This document shows, piece after piece, positions 51,001 to 60,555 of a stretch of 64,000 nt of DNA. The notes under the pieces are model-generated. The model searched no databases and had not been told where the DNA came from. It was given only the letters and a program-made list of their open reading frames with translations. Numbering within the stretch: position 1 is the stretch's first letter; every line of letters starts with the position of its first letter. The translations under genes and the position numbers were made by a program. The stretch lies in the sequence record ON568341.1, one strand, 5' to 3'.

Positions 51001-51540
51001 ATTAACATCAATACGTTTAACTGGGTTACCAAATTGATTAGTACTAACAAATGAGCTATTCATAACAAGAATGAAGTTTTCATACCAATTTGCATCCATC
51101 GGGTCATTCCAACGAATAATTTTATCTTTTAGCGATTCATTGAAACTATTACGAACATCTTGGTTAGTTTTAATTTCAGTTAATTTAGCAACTGCACGAC
51201 CAGGATAAGAACGGCGTGGTGCATAAGAAATCATTTTAGCTAGTTTTAGAACTGATGCACGACGTGTTGCAGTATCTAAAAAGTTTTCACGTGTGTTTAA
51301 ATCCATACGAAATGCCAAGTTCTGTCCTAGCATAGAAATTGTATCCAGAATAAAAATGAATTGGTCATTTTCAATCCAGTCATTGAATGAATCAGGATAC
51401 GTTTGACGCAAATAATCAATCATACTCTGGCGAATAGTATCAAAATCATATGCAGTAAGATTGATTTTATAAAAACTTTCATAAACTTGAGTCCAATCTT
51501 CACCACTATATAAATTTGATTGCCTTTTTTGTTGTGACAT
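48079..51540 (-). CDS. Baseplate wedge protein (T4 gp6-like), enlarged
   Basis: YDFDTIRQSMIDYL, ENFLDTATRRASVLKLAKMISY, AETIEQIKARAP...QNRFVNGEDY. Confidence 0.85.
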   Translation of the reverse strand: MSQQKRQSNLYSGEDWTQVYESFYKINLTAYDFDTIRQSMIDYLRQTYPDSFNDWIENDQFIFILDTISMLGQNLAFRMDLNTRENFLDTATRRASVLKLAKMISYAPRRSYPGRAVAKLTEIKTNQDVRNSFNESLKDKIIRWNDPMDANWYENFILVMNSSFVSTNQFGNPVKRIDVNGVSRQLYRMNTIPMTAPSIPFVATVNGESMTFEVVNPDITSVGVEERHPEPQEQKYIVYQNDGNGFSSPNTGFFVYFIQGTLTYQDYQYNIREENRIQDVNVDNINETDVWVQEINEDGIVRAKWTKVPSMESIAYNTVNRQLKTIFAVSTRDKDQITIKYPDSRSGVVPRGTFRVWYRVSNGKTYNIKTSEIQNKSVKYTYRTKTQSSYESSTLDVRFSLQYESDRAQSAETIEQIKARAPQMYYTQNRFVNGEDYNIAPLSLGNTVLKSKAINRIYSGQSRFIDINDPTGKYQNTDVFSDDGALYQENTKFNRSLLLPTTKTNASIVIDNIQPLIGENAVIQRYQAYPSNTIGIEIQQSWTPVYNSNYTTNTYGRILGSSGTVYGSYQVGTLIKFSNSTTTVWASIVSVLDNGFYVLSTSVPSRMQAIDYILPYRTRFDSVEVQSISAMLDKKTDFVIVHDKETTAWVPVEVSTNDDTIMYNGHEVLVVINVKYTAETWEFDANGIEYIFVGGDKVKFYFVSSKKITDISTGTVQSDKIEILSSNTTSTNNSGLTSNIDFQIYDTIQQENGYLDGSRIIVTSRKVDSNGIPLEPNQFKEIVPEWSGTDALKYGGILIFKENNDFTISVLSLPNDTFTFLDSSWSYTMEQALAEPNTYKRTEFVRNNAIRSNSLSGLYSKGSGFLVCFKYDGKYYFIEQTVGNNNDRLGQLISNLTYSDDTITVTPELAFYRTINNMGTNSDENQKLDYYGYKDVTAQYTVKTNARTSIDFHWKHYAPDDNRIDPSRTNLIDMYVLTNSYKTEVDVWLKNNAVGSIPKPPTSVELKNMFKDVEQKIVISDSIIWHSAEYLPLFGNSAAEDYKADFKVVKLPNSTMSDDEIRQNVIALTNEYFNVDNWDFGESFYYTDLCTYIHSQLGRHISTIVIVAQNPNSKFGSLFEIPSRSDQIFLSTASVENVQIVNSLAKSNINIGS

Positions 51541-51611
51541 AATTTATTCCTTTAAATCAGTAAAGTACTAGTTCAGTACTGGGAATTATATAGAAATATT
51601 TATTCAAAAAG

Positions 51612-51636
51612 AAAAGCACTCAGAAGAGTGCTTTTT
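51612..51636. terminator. Terminator hairpin
   Basis: AAAAGCACTC-AGAA-GAGTGCTTTTT. Confidence 0.8.
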
Positions 51637-51641
51637 CTTAG

Positions 51642-52037
51642 TTATAAAGACGATACAGAATATGTTGCCATTCTATTATTACTTCTTGCATCAAAGACTA
51701 TAGAAAGTTCTTCTACCGTATTCAATACAACGTATTGTAATACGATATTCATTTGGTATCCATATTCAATTCTTGAAATTTGTATGTTTTTAAGATTTAA
51801 GCGTGGATCTAAGCTAATAATCCTACGTGCATCTGCTTCTAAAAGGTTAATAGTATTATATCCTTCCAATTCAAACAACAAATCCCATGCAATAAACCCA
51901 TAGTCTGCATCGAATGCTCTTTCGCCTTTTTTTGTATTAAAATGATTCATCAAATCCTGACGAACCAATTCATTATCATACAACGTTTCAGTTCTACCCA
52001 CAACTGGTGTAGAGAAACCTTTGAAAACAACTGCCAT
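51642..52037 (-). CDS. Baseplate wedge protein (T4 gp25-like)
   Basis: FKGFST, LVRQDLMNHFNTKKGER...YG..AWDLLFE, DPRL. Confidence 0.88.
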   Translation of the reverse strand: MAVVFKGFSTPVVGRTETLYDNELVRQDLMNHFNTKKGERAFDADYGFIAWDLLFELEGYNTINLLEADARRIISLDPRLNLKNIQISRIEYGYQMNIVLQYVVLNTVEELSIVFDARSNNRMATYSVSSL

Positions 52038-52050
52038 TGTCTATTTCCTT

Positions 52051-52539
52051 TTATACGGATTCGACGATACGTGCCATCTTTTCCGCTCTAGAAGTGGTTT
52101 GTTTATACCATGTACTATCACGCAATTCTTTACCAGCAGTTTTATAATCAGCTTTACCTAATGCGGACATTGCTTTTTTGAATTTCAAAACTTTGGTTTT
52201 ACCCATTTGGAATACCATCATCCACAATACACGTTGTACCTGTACTGGTGCTGTCATACCAAACTGTTCATAAATGGATTTTGCGTCATTGTACGCAGTT
52301 TGAGCATCTTTAATAAGAAGTTGGTCTGCTTGTTCTTCAGTTAAACCATTTTTGAAGTTCTCGTTGGGAAGAACTAAATGACCATAACCAATAGTATCAA
52401 GTCCGAGGCTATCTTTATATACCCAAAACTTATCATTTTTAAAATATCCAAGTTTTTTTTGATAAGAAATTGTACCTTCAAACTCTTTAATTTCTTTAAA
52501 AAACTGCTCATCTGTATTTTTAATTTCCCATTTACTCAT
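52051..52539 (-). CDS. T4-lysozyme-like (GH24) muramidase, free-standing
   Basis: EFEG...YKDSLGLDTIGYGHL, MVFQMG, STWYKQTTSRA. Has its own TAAATA at 52573-52578. Confidence 0.88.
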   Translation of the reverse strand: MSKWEIKNTDEQFFKEIKEFEGTISYQKKLGYFKNDKFWVYKDSLGLDTIGYGHLVLPNENFKNGLTEEQADQLLIKDAQTAYNDAKSIYEQFGMTAPVQVQRVLWMMVFQMGKTKVLKFKKAMSALGKADYKTAGKELRDSTWYKQTTSRAEKMARIVESV

Positions 52540-52575
52540 AAAGACATCCTCATTTTATTTATAGTACTGAAATAT

Positions 52576-55239
52576 TTATTGACATGCCTCCAAACGTCGA
52601 GCCATTAACTCAGCACGGCGTGTCGTTTGGCGATACCAAGCCGAATTACGGATTTGTGCTGCTGCTTGTTTATAATTTCCTTTCGCTAATTCAGATAACA
52701 TTGTTTTAAATTTAAGAACTCCACCTTTGCCCATTTGAAATACCATTTGACATAGAACTTGCTGTGCCATATAAGGAGTTTTCATGTTATATGATGCATA
52801 AATTGATTTAGCATCATAAATTGCTTTACTACTATCACGAACAAGCATATCATTTGCTTGTTGTTCAGTTATACCAGAAGAAAAGTTTTCGCCATTCACG
52901 ATTAAATGACCGTAACCAATAGTTGGGTAGCCACGACTATCCAAATAACGCCAGAATTTACCATTTCGATAATACCCTTTTGCTTGTTGATATTGCATAG
53001 TACCCTCATATTCCTTTAATTCGGAAATAAATTGAGAATCACCTGGGACAATTTTCCAATCTATTGCAGTTTTATCTACATTACCGACATTATATGTTGG
53101 TTGTACAACTGGTGTAGATGATACACCACTTCTCTGTGTTCTTCTTTTACGAGGTACATGTCGTGAGCCACGCTGTGAATAACCAGTACCAATTGTTTTA
53201 ATTTTGGTAGTAACGACCAATTCATCACTATCAACGGATGGTTGTACTACTGCTTGCGGTGAAGATTGATTTGTTGCTTGACCTGCAATCAATGTTTTAT
53301 TAGCTGCATCTGCACCAATACCAGTTTGTGATGCATAAAATAATCCTGGGTCAACTGAACCACTAAAGCCGAGGACGTTAGCTGACGTTACACGTATTTC
53401 AAATTGCATAACACCATTTGCTTTACCAATGACCTGTCCCTTTTGAACTACATCCTTGTTTAGTAAATTCGTTTGAATATTATAAAATATAGATTTATAA
53501 CCAGATTTATGTTGAATCAAAATCCCACCATTAGTAATTACAACAACACCACCATCTGGTGCAACAACATCTCCTTTACATTGTATTTCCCATCCAGAAC
53601 GGTCAGTCTTTCCTCCATTTTGTGTTGGAATGCCTTTTCCCCAATAGCCGTATTGACGAATGGTCCCACTACACGGCATATACATATGCAAACCTTCATA
53701 TGTAATGCTATACCCAGTCATTCCAGTATCAGATACCATTAAATCTTGTGTTTGAACTTGTTCGGTTTCGGGTGTATAGTTCACAAACTGAATAGCTTCA
53801 GTTTCTTGAGCTTCAGGAATTTCTGGTGTAACATCATTTGCAGGCTGTGGCTGAACAGGGGATTCACTTGAAATCTTCCCCCCACCTTGTCTTGGTGGTT
53901 CAACATAACTACCATGGTTTTTCGCATCAACCCATGAAACAATGTCATGAATGTGTTCATTAAGACCAGCAGATGGTGTTCTGAAATTTGGTGCAGTAAA
54001 TTCAGCAGTACCGCTATTACCACCACTATTAACTGTTAATGTTTGACCTCCACCACTAACAATTGCTGAAGATGAACCAATTAAGTTTGCAGATGTAGAA
54101 GCAGAAATAGACGCATTTGAACCAGCAGTAATATCAGTACTGCTACCACTTTGCATACGTAAGGACGCAGCAGTGACCAGTCGAAGATCAGCACCGGAAT
54201 TAACCACAACTTGTCCACCAACTTTTGCATCAAGAGTTCCAATTAGATCTAATTTAGTATTGGCTCCTACGCGTGCATTAAAATCTTGACCCGTTTCAAT
54301 ATTATATGAACGACCAGCAGTGATGTTAATATCTTGCCCTGCACGAATATTGATATTCTTATCACAGTGCATGTCAATATCCCCTTCACCAGTAAATTTT
54401 ATACGGGCGGTCCCATCACGATTAATTAAAAGTACATCCCCCGTTGCTTCTGATAATAAAAGTTGTGCACCACTACGGGTTTTTATTACAACTCCTTCAT
54501 TTTTACGAGAACCAACACGGGTGTCGTTTACTGGGTTATTGAATTGTGTATCTTGATATCCATCTGGGTCTTGATCCCATGTGGGTGCAGTTAATTCCTC
54601 TTCGGTATAGCCATCATCAATGATGAAACTATTTCCACGTGGGGATGACATCCCATATACAGTACTCGTTGTTTGGCGAGTACTACTTCGGTTAGCAAGG
54701 CCAGCTTCTTCATCATACAAAAGGTTTTGCTTTTTAAGACCAGCAATAATTGGAACATTTGCATATTTGTCTTGCATATCAGTAGTGAGTGTGTTACGAT
54801 CATAGTCAGTAACAGGAAGAGGCATATCTGTTCCGCTATAATTACTAACATCTGTTGCCATACCAGGGACCATAGTATTCATGCGATGGTCATATACACA
54901 ACCAATCCAATACGCTTGAAATGTACGAGCCTGTGCGAAAATCACAACAACAGTGCACCCAACATCAGGCGGCACAGCCCAGAATCCATAACCTTTAGGA
55001 TACTGTCCATAAGCATCTGCACTTGGAATACCTGGTGTTTTACCAGCAAAAGGAGACATATAAGATGCCTCAATCCATGATTCTTTTGAATTTTTATCGC
55101 TTTGTGAACCTTGTATCCAAACTTTTAACTTTCCAGATTTAGTTGGATCTCTATTATCCATAACTGTTGCTAATTGTGGATAAGCTGGGTCAAAACGACC
55201 CAACTGTTGTTGTGCATACTTTTTACTTGTATCTGCCAT
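52576..55239 (-). CDS. Baseplate central spike / tail lysozyme (gp5-like)
   Basis: OB-fold ATVMDNRDPTKSGKLKVWI, beta-helix repeats, HIH motif, M23-like segment, C-terminal lysozyme (EYEG...YLDSRGYPTIGYGHL). Confidence 0.88.
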   Translation of the reverse strand: MADTSKKYAQQQLGRFDPAYPQLATVMDNRDPTKSGKLKVWIQGSQSDKNSKESWIEASYMSPFAGKTPGIPSADAYGQYPKGYGFWAVPPDVGCTVVVIFAQARTFQAYWIGCVYDHRMNTMVPGMATDVSNYSGTDMPLPVTDYDRNTLTTDMQDKYANVPIIAGLKKQNLLYDEEAGLANRSSTRQTTSTVYGMSSPRGNSFIIDDGYTEEELTAPTWDQDPDGYQDTQFNNPVNDTRVGSRKNEGVVIKTRSGAQLLLSEATGDVLLINRDGTARIKFTGEGDIDMHCDKNINIRAGQDINITAGRSYNIETGQDFNARVGANTKLDLIGTLDAKVGGQVVVNSGADLRLVTAASLRMQSGSSTDITAGSNASISASTSANLIGSSSAIVSGGGQTLTVNSGGNSGTAEFTAPNFRTPSAGLNEHIHDIVSWVDAKNHGSYVEPPRQGGGKISSESPVQPQPANDVTPEIPEAQETEAIQFVNYTPETEQVQTQDLMVSDTGMTGYSITYEGLHMYMPCSGTIRQYGYWGKGIPTQNGGKTDRSGWEIQCKGDVVAPDGGVVVITNGGILIQHKSGYKSIFYNIQTNLLNKDVVQKGQVIGKANGVMQFEIRVTSANVLGFSGSVDPGLFYASQTGIGADAANKTLIAGQATNQSSPQAVVQPSVDSDELVVTTKIKTIGTGYSQRGSRHVPRKRRTQRSGVSSTPVVQPTYNVGNVDKTAIDWKIVPGDSQFISELKEYEGTMQYQQAKGYYRNGKFWRYLDSRGYPTIGYGHLIVNGENFSSGITEQQANDMLVRDSSKAIYDAKSIYASYNMKTPYMAQQVLCQMVFQMGKGGVLKFKTMLSELAKGNYKQAAAQIRNSAWYRQTTRRAELMARRLEACQ

Positions 55240-55252
55240 ATTTTTTTATTCC

Positions 55253-57502
55253 TTAGTCAACTATACTATCGTGACGTTTAAGTGCACGGATTACAATTGC
55301 AGCTTGAATTTGTTGTGTAAAAGAACCACCTGCACCAAAATCATGAACGATTTTATTAACACGATAAATTGTTTGATTAAACGTAGTTGGTGTATTAATA
55401 TCCAATACACCAGTGTTATCATTAATTGACACTACTGGTTGTAATTTTAATAATAGATATGCTTCAGATGTTATGTAGTTTGCTACGTGATAATCATCTG
55501 GATTAATTTCCATATCCTCACCATTAATTACTTGCTCTAGATATTGTAAGTACGAGTAATCACTCCATCCTAACCAATATGGATCACCAACTACACGCAT
55601 ATCAAGCTTGCACAAAAAAGGTCTATTGTAATAGTTGTCACGTATTTTACGTCTATCCATTTCATATGTACTACTGTTATCGTTTAGAGAAGCCGATAAC
55701 GTCGTTTCATTATTGGTTGCTTCAGTAGGCATTGTGAATACTTCACCATAACGATGTCCAATCCCATCAGTTCCTTCATCGTTTTCTTCATATGTAGTGA
55801 CATAATCTTCAATATATTGTGGTAACACATTTACTTGATAATTATTATAACGGTCTTGTTCTTCAGCGTTCCCGACCTGCATTTGGTTTTTAGCCAACGT
55901 ATCAATTTCTGACAATAAATCTTGTTGGTCTTTTGTTAACATTCCACCCATATCACGTGTTACACGCAAATCACTTGTTTTTGCCCATGCATCTGGTATA
56001 CTATTATATTGCACACCTTGTATATTCAATTCTTGTGAGTTATGTGTACCAGAATGGTTTGCCACGTCTTGAATTGGCCCTGGGTTACGGGTAGTGGCTA
56101 CGAAAAATTGTTGGTCAAATTTTAAATCCAAATCAATTATCTCACTATTAAGACCACTAAACTGATAATTATAAGTTTTTATATTCAATTTTGGTTTTTG
56201 ATCGATAGGATCTACATATTTTTCCGCATTCTCAAAGAAATATTCAAATGTGAAATTTTCTGGTTGTAAATCAGATTCATGTACAATATCACCTATCTTA
56301 AATTTAACTATATAAAAAATAACTTTATAAACTGAAGTGTTACGATAATTATCAAAACCAATATATTGTTTTATTGGTATAATATTAACAAATTGTCGTA
56401 CACTGGTGCTCTCATCTGCTTGTACTGTACAAGTATCAATAACATCATCAATAATTCTGGATATAGGAGTACTTGGGTTCCATGAAAAGTTTTTAGAACC
56501 TTGGGTTCCACTTTTAGTTGTTCCAGCTTCTGCCATTTGTTTAGAATCATAATTTATAAACAAATCTTGTAAATCAGGAGCAACTTTAAATTCAAAAAAT
56601 TTGCCATCAGATAATTCACCAAATTTATATCTAAGATACCCATATTGTTGGTCAGCCATCTGATTTAATTTATCTTCCAAATCAAAACAGAAATCACCAA
56701 AGTTTTCAGCCGTACAATTAAATGGTTCTTTAAGTGTCCATTCAATATTATCAACCAATGCTGCTCTATTATGAACTAAACTCATAGAATACATCATAGT
56801 ACTTCCACTTTGTGATGCACTAGCCGTTATACTATTAATTTTAACTGACCATCTTCGTGTTGTTTCAGGAATAATTTCAGGGATTCCATTCTTATTAAAA
56901 CCTATGAACTTTAATTCCAATATCAAAGGTAAGTCCATGAATTTATGAAATCTAAGTTTATTACTTAACGATATTAGTTCATCATATAGACTCATACTAT
57001 TATTTTCAGACATATTAAGAACAGCCGTATTGAAACAATAGTTAGTTGTCATTCCAGGTGTGGATGGTCCAGCTTGCGTCATTTGTACACTTGTGATATT
57101 ATATTTTCCACTAACACCACTTTCAGATATAACATGACGCTGCACGTCGGCATCTGGATAAAGCCAAAAATTTTTAAAATCATCCTTATCCAACGCAAAC
57201 AGACAAAAATGCCAAGTTGGATTATCATATTTTAATAGTTTGTTGTTGTATGGTATCACAAATTGACTTAAATCTAAATCTTCATAAACTTGTCCCATAC
57301 CAGCACTCTGTGATGGCAATGACTCAACATTACTAACATTTGCTTTATAGTTATTTTTTGTAATAGCTTTCACGTCATTTTGTAATGTATTAGCGGTAGC
57401 TTTCAAACTATCCAATGAATTAGATGCAGTTGTTTTTGTCTTCTTATTAATACTTGAAATATCATTTTGAAAATTATCAACTGTACTTCGTAAATCTGCC
57501 AT
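55253..57502 (-). CDS. Putative baseplate hub protein (gp27/gpD-like)
   Basis: Position between the gp53-like and gp5-like genes. LDMRVVGDPYWL and YRVNKIVHDFG.GGSFTQQI terminal strands. Confidence 0.45.
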   Translation of the reverse strand: MADLRSTVDNFQNDISSINKKTKTTASNSLDSLKATANTLQNDVKAITKNNYKANVSNVESLPSQSAGMGQVYEDLDLSQFVIPYNNKLLKYDNPTWHFCLFALDKDDFKNFWLYPDADVQRHVISESGVSGKYNITSVQMTQAGPSTPGMTTNYCFNTAVLNMSENNSMSLYDELISLSNKLRFHKFMDLPLILELKFIGFNKNGIPEIIPETTRRWSVKINSITASASQSGSTMMYSMSLVHNRAALVDNIEWTLKEPFNCTAENFGDFCFDLEDKLNQMADQQYGYLRYKFGELSDGKFFEFKVAPDLQDLFINYDSKQMAEAGTTKSGTQGSKNFSWNPSTPISRIIDDVIDTCTVQADESTSVRQFVNIIPIKQYIGFDNYRNTSVYKVIFYIVKFKIGDIVHESDLQPENFTFEYFFENAEKYVDPIDQKPKLNIKTYNYQFSGLNSEIIDLDLKFDQQFFVATTRNPGPIQDVANHSGTHNSQELNIQGVQYNSIPDAWAKTSDLRVTRDMGGMLTKDQQDLLSEIDTLAKNQMQVGNAEEQDRYNNYQVNVLPQYIEDYVTTYEENDEGTDGIGHRYGEVFTMPTEATNNETTLSASLNDNSSTYEMDRRKIRDNYYNRPFLCKLDMRVVGDPYWLGWSDYSYLQYLEQVINGEDMEINPDDYHVANYITSEAYLLLKLQPVVSINDNTGVLDINTPTTFNQTIYRVNKIVHDFGAGGSFTQQIQAAIVIRALKRHDSIVD

Positions 57503-57513
57503 GTGTTACTCCA

Positions 57514-57828
57514 TTAGCCTATGTTTCGAGTACCATTAAGATAGTTTTGTACTCTTTGATTTGCTGGTATTCTAATTGTTACTCCACTTTTAAAATTATA
57601 TATAGGATCTTCTCCTAATATATCTGGATTTAACAATGCAAAAATATAATATAGACGTTCATTGCCATACATCTCGTAGGCTAAACGCCAGGGTTGATAT
57701 TCATACTTCAATGGGATCTCATAAAAATCATCAGTATCAGCAGGAACTATATCTCGTGGTAAATTATAACCAAGATACCAAGATTGTTTCACCTTAGCAT
57801 AAGGTGAGTATTGACTATAGTTGGACAT
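57514..57828 (-). CDS. Baseplate wedge protein (gp53/LysM-like)
   Basis: YQPWRLAYEMYGNERLYYIFALLNP...GVTIRIP. Confidence 0.75.
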   Translation of the reverse strand: MSNYSQYSPYAKVKQSWYLGYNLPRDIVPADTDDFYEIPLKYEYQPWRLAYEMYGNERLYYIFALLNPDILGEDPIYNFKSGVTIRIPANQRVQNYLNGTRNIG

Positions 57829-58559
57829 TAAATAAATCCTCCTTTGCGTAATAGTTCACCTCGTTTAAATGCATTGAGGTTAAACGTTTTAGTCATATAA
57901 TCAGATGTCGGTTGTTCTTCAAGTTGTAACATAACTGATATTTTTTGTGGAACCCAAACTTCATCTTGTGGATTCATATATCCAGTACTTCTAAGTTGTT
58001 CGAAGAATTTTCTACTATCCATATCGGATAAATTAAAAGTACTGTCACTACTATTCAAAGGAACTTGAATATAAGAAACATCATTAGGATATGTAAAATT
58101 ATAAGATTTTAAAATTACCGGAATATCATTATATGTGTAACGACCATATCCACTTAAAAGTAAAATTGGTGGTGGTGCACCAGCAATTGCCAATTCGGGG
58201 TTATTAGCAGATGCTGCTTGTCTACCAAAATCCATCAATGAAACCGAACGTATAAAATGAACACATGCCAATGCATACATGGCTTCTGCTGCCGTATTAG
58301 CATAAAATTCACCCTGAATAGTGAAAACCGTATTGGTGGTGTTTTTGTAATTATTATAGTTACTATTGGTATGTATAGGTGACTGTGTTTCATACTGAAT
58401 TGACCTTTGTTCAGTAATTATTGGTGTTACAGTCCAAACCAACCCATTAGTTGGACGCAGAAACGAAAGTAGTGTTGGTTCGGAGCTATCCCCGAAATCA
58501 CCATATACATAGTTAGCACCTGCGGCTTTAGGTCGTAATCGAATTCTACGATCAATCAT
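57828..58559 (-). CDS. Baseplate tube-initiator-like protein
   Basis: Start moved to MIDRR (GGAG RBS). GAPPPILLLSGYG...IPVILKSYNFTYP. Perfect TATAAATA at 58594-58601. Confidence 0.5.
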   Translation of the reverse strand: MIDRRIRLRPKAAGANYVYGDFGDSSEPTLLSFLRPTNGLVWTVTPIITEQRSIQYETQSPIHTNSNYNNYKNTTNTVFTIQGEFYANTAAEAMYALACVHFIRSVSLMDFGRQAASANNPELAIAGAPPPILLLSGYGRYTYNDIPVILKSYNFTYPNDVSYIQVPLNSSDSTFNLSDMDSRKFFEQLRSTGYMNPQDEVWVPQKISVMLQLEEQPTSDYMTKTFNLNAFKRGELLRKGGFI

Positions 58560-58604
58560 CTTTTGATTCTCCATCATAAGGGAACATTTGATGTATTTAT
58601 ACGT

Positions 58605-58632
58605 GGGACAAAACACTTTTTGGTGCTATAAT
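58605..58632 (+). promoter_or_regulatory. GACAA-class promoter for the late sigma gene
   Basis: GGGACA-16 nt-TATAAT with TG extension. Confidence 0.6.
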
Positions 58633-58689
58633 AACATTGATGGTATAAGGATTGTATCTATTGGATTTAAACATGGAGAGTTGAATATA

Positions 58690-59529
58690 ATGACAAATAG
58701 ACCAAAGCGTAAAAAGTATCTCAATAATGCTGATTTACTTCGTGAAATACAAAAAAGTAAGATTTCATATTGCTGGTTATTAGACAAATCATATAGTATG
58801 TATGATTATATCGTTTTTCATGAGTCAGAAATTACTGCTGAGTTACTTGAAAAAGCAAAAGCAGCACGAATTAAACGACTTAACAATGAAATGCTTGATA
58901 GTATTCGTGCAAAGGAAAATATGAGTGCTAAAAAAGCGAAAGAATATGCAGAAGAAAATAATCTAGTTATTACTGATGTTCCAATTGATGAAGTAGTTAT
59001 TCGTGTTATTACAGATGAACACATCCCACCAGATACTAGAGTTAATTTTGAACCTTTCAAACATTATATCGTAGATAATGAAGGTATTCTTTATGAAGTA
59101 TGTCGCTCTCATTGGAAAGGTGACCTTGAATCTGGGGAATTTAGTACTGTTCATGGTAAAATAACAAATGAACTAGGGAAAATGTTCATTAAACTAGCAG
59201 AGGAAATCTCACATAAATCTAACTATAGAAACTATACATACTTAGATGAAATGATGGGTGATGCAAGAATACAATTAGTTAAAAATGCACTTCTCTTTAA
59301 AGAGAGTATTCTTTATAAAAAAGACAAACCCGCTGTACAACTAAATCCTTTCTCTTACTATACATCATTCGTAAACAATAGTTTTCGTTCAATTTTGAAT
59401 AGTGAGAAAAATGTTCGAAATATACGTGATGATTTACTTGAAATGCATGGCTTTACACCATCACATACACGTCAAATTGAAATTGAATTGAACATGATTG
59501 AAAGGAAAAATGAAGATGGCACTGTTTGA
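58690..59529 (+). CDS. Late sigma factor (T4 gp55-like)
   Basis: YLNNADLL, ITNELGKMFIKLAE..SHKSNYRNYTYLDEM, NPFSYYT...NSF..ILNSEK match gp55. Start moved to MTNRPK. Confidence 0.82.
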   Translation: MTNRPKRKKYLNNADLLREIQKSKISYCWLLDKSYSMYDYIVFHESEITAELLEKAKAARIKRLNNEMLDSIRAKENMSAKKAKEYAEENNLVITDVPIDEVVIRVITDEHIPPDTRVNFEPFKHYIVDNEGILYEVCRSHWKGDLESGEFSTVHGKITNELGKMFIKLAEEISHKSNYRNYTYLDEMMGDARIQLVKNALLFKESILYKKDKPAVQLNPFSYYTSFVNNSFRSILNSEKNVRNIRDDLLEMHGFTPSHTRQIEIELNMIERKNEDGTV

Positions 59530-60547
59530 TAAAGCAATTACATTCACTGATATCCATTTAGGTTTAAAGAATAACAGCAAGCAGCACAATGAAGATTGTT
59601 TAAACTTCATTAAATTTATGATTGATGTAGCTAAAAAAAATAATATTAAATTTTGTGTTTTTATGGGTGATTATTTTCACAATAGAAGTAATATAAATAT
59701 CCAAACACTAAACTATGGTTTACAAATACTTCAATTACTAAATGATAATTTTGAAAAAGTTTATTTTCTAGTTGGGAACCATGATATGTATCACAAAAAC
59801 AAACGTGATATAACAAGTATCAACATGGCCCAAGTTTATGAAAATATAGAATTCATAAACGAAATTACAACGATTGATGATTGTACTTTTATTCCTTTCA
59901 TGATTGAAGATGAATATAAGTTGTTACCACAACTAAAAAGTAAGTATGTTTTTGGACACCTAGAATTACCAGGTTACTTACTTAACAAAATGGTCGAAAT
60001 GCCCGACCATGGTAAAGAAACAGAGGGTTCTTTTGGTGGTTGTGAGTATGTTTTTAGTGGGCATTTTCATAAGAGACAATCAAAAACAACATCAAAGGGA
60101 ACTCGTGTAGTTTATACTGGTAATTGTTTCCCACATAATTTTTCCGATACATGGGATGATGCAAGAGGTGTGATGATTTTAGAACATGGAAAAGAACCAA
60201 TTTTCAATTCTTGGACAGAAGCACCAAAATATAGAACATTTACACTTTCAGAACTTTTGACTGACCCAAGTTATTATCTTCAAGAGAATACAATTTCAAA
60301 GGTTCAAGTTGATATTGCGATAACTACAGATGAAATTAGTTTTATTCGTGATACTTTCACTAAACTTTATAACATACGTGAATTTAACGTAGTTACTAGT
60401 AAACAAAGTATATCAGAATTGATTGAAGATGGTAAAAGCTTTGAAAGTACTGAGTCAGTTGATGAGATTGTTTTACAACAAATTATGGAAATTGATTCAC
60501 CAATGTTCGATAAAAATCTTCTAATCCAAATTTACAGATCGCTATAA
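59516..60547 (+). CDS. Recombination nuclease subunit (T4 gp47 / SbcD / Mre11-like)
   Basis: FTDIHLG, MGDYFH, VGNHD, FGHLE and FSGHFH phosphoesterase motifs. Confidence 0.92.
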   Translation: MALFDKAITFTDIHLGLKNNSKQHNEDCLNFIKFMIDVAKKNNIKFCVFMGDYFHNRSNINIQTLNYGLQILQLLNDNFEKVYFLVGNHDMYHKNKRDITSINMAQVYENIEFINEITTIDDCTFIPFMIEDEYKLLPQLKSKYVFGHLELPGYLLNKMVEMPDHGKETEGSFGGCEYVFSGHFHKRQSKTTSKGTRVVYTGNCFPHNFSDTWDDARGVMILEHGKEPIFNSWTEAPKYRTFTLSELLTDPSYYLQENTISKVQVDIAITTDEISFIRDTFTKLYNIREFNVVTSKQSISELIEDGKSFESTESVDEIVLQQIMEIDSPMFDKNLLIQIYRSL

Positions 60548-60555
60548 GGGAATAT

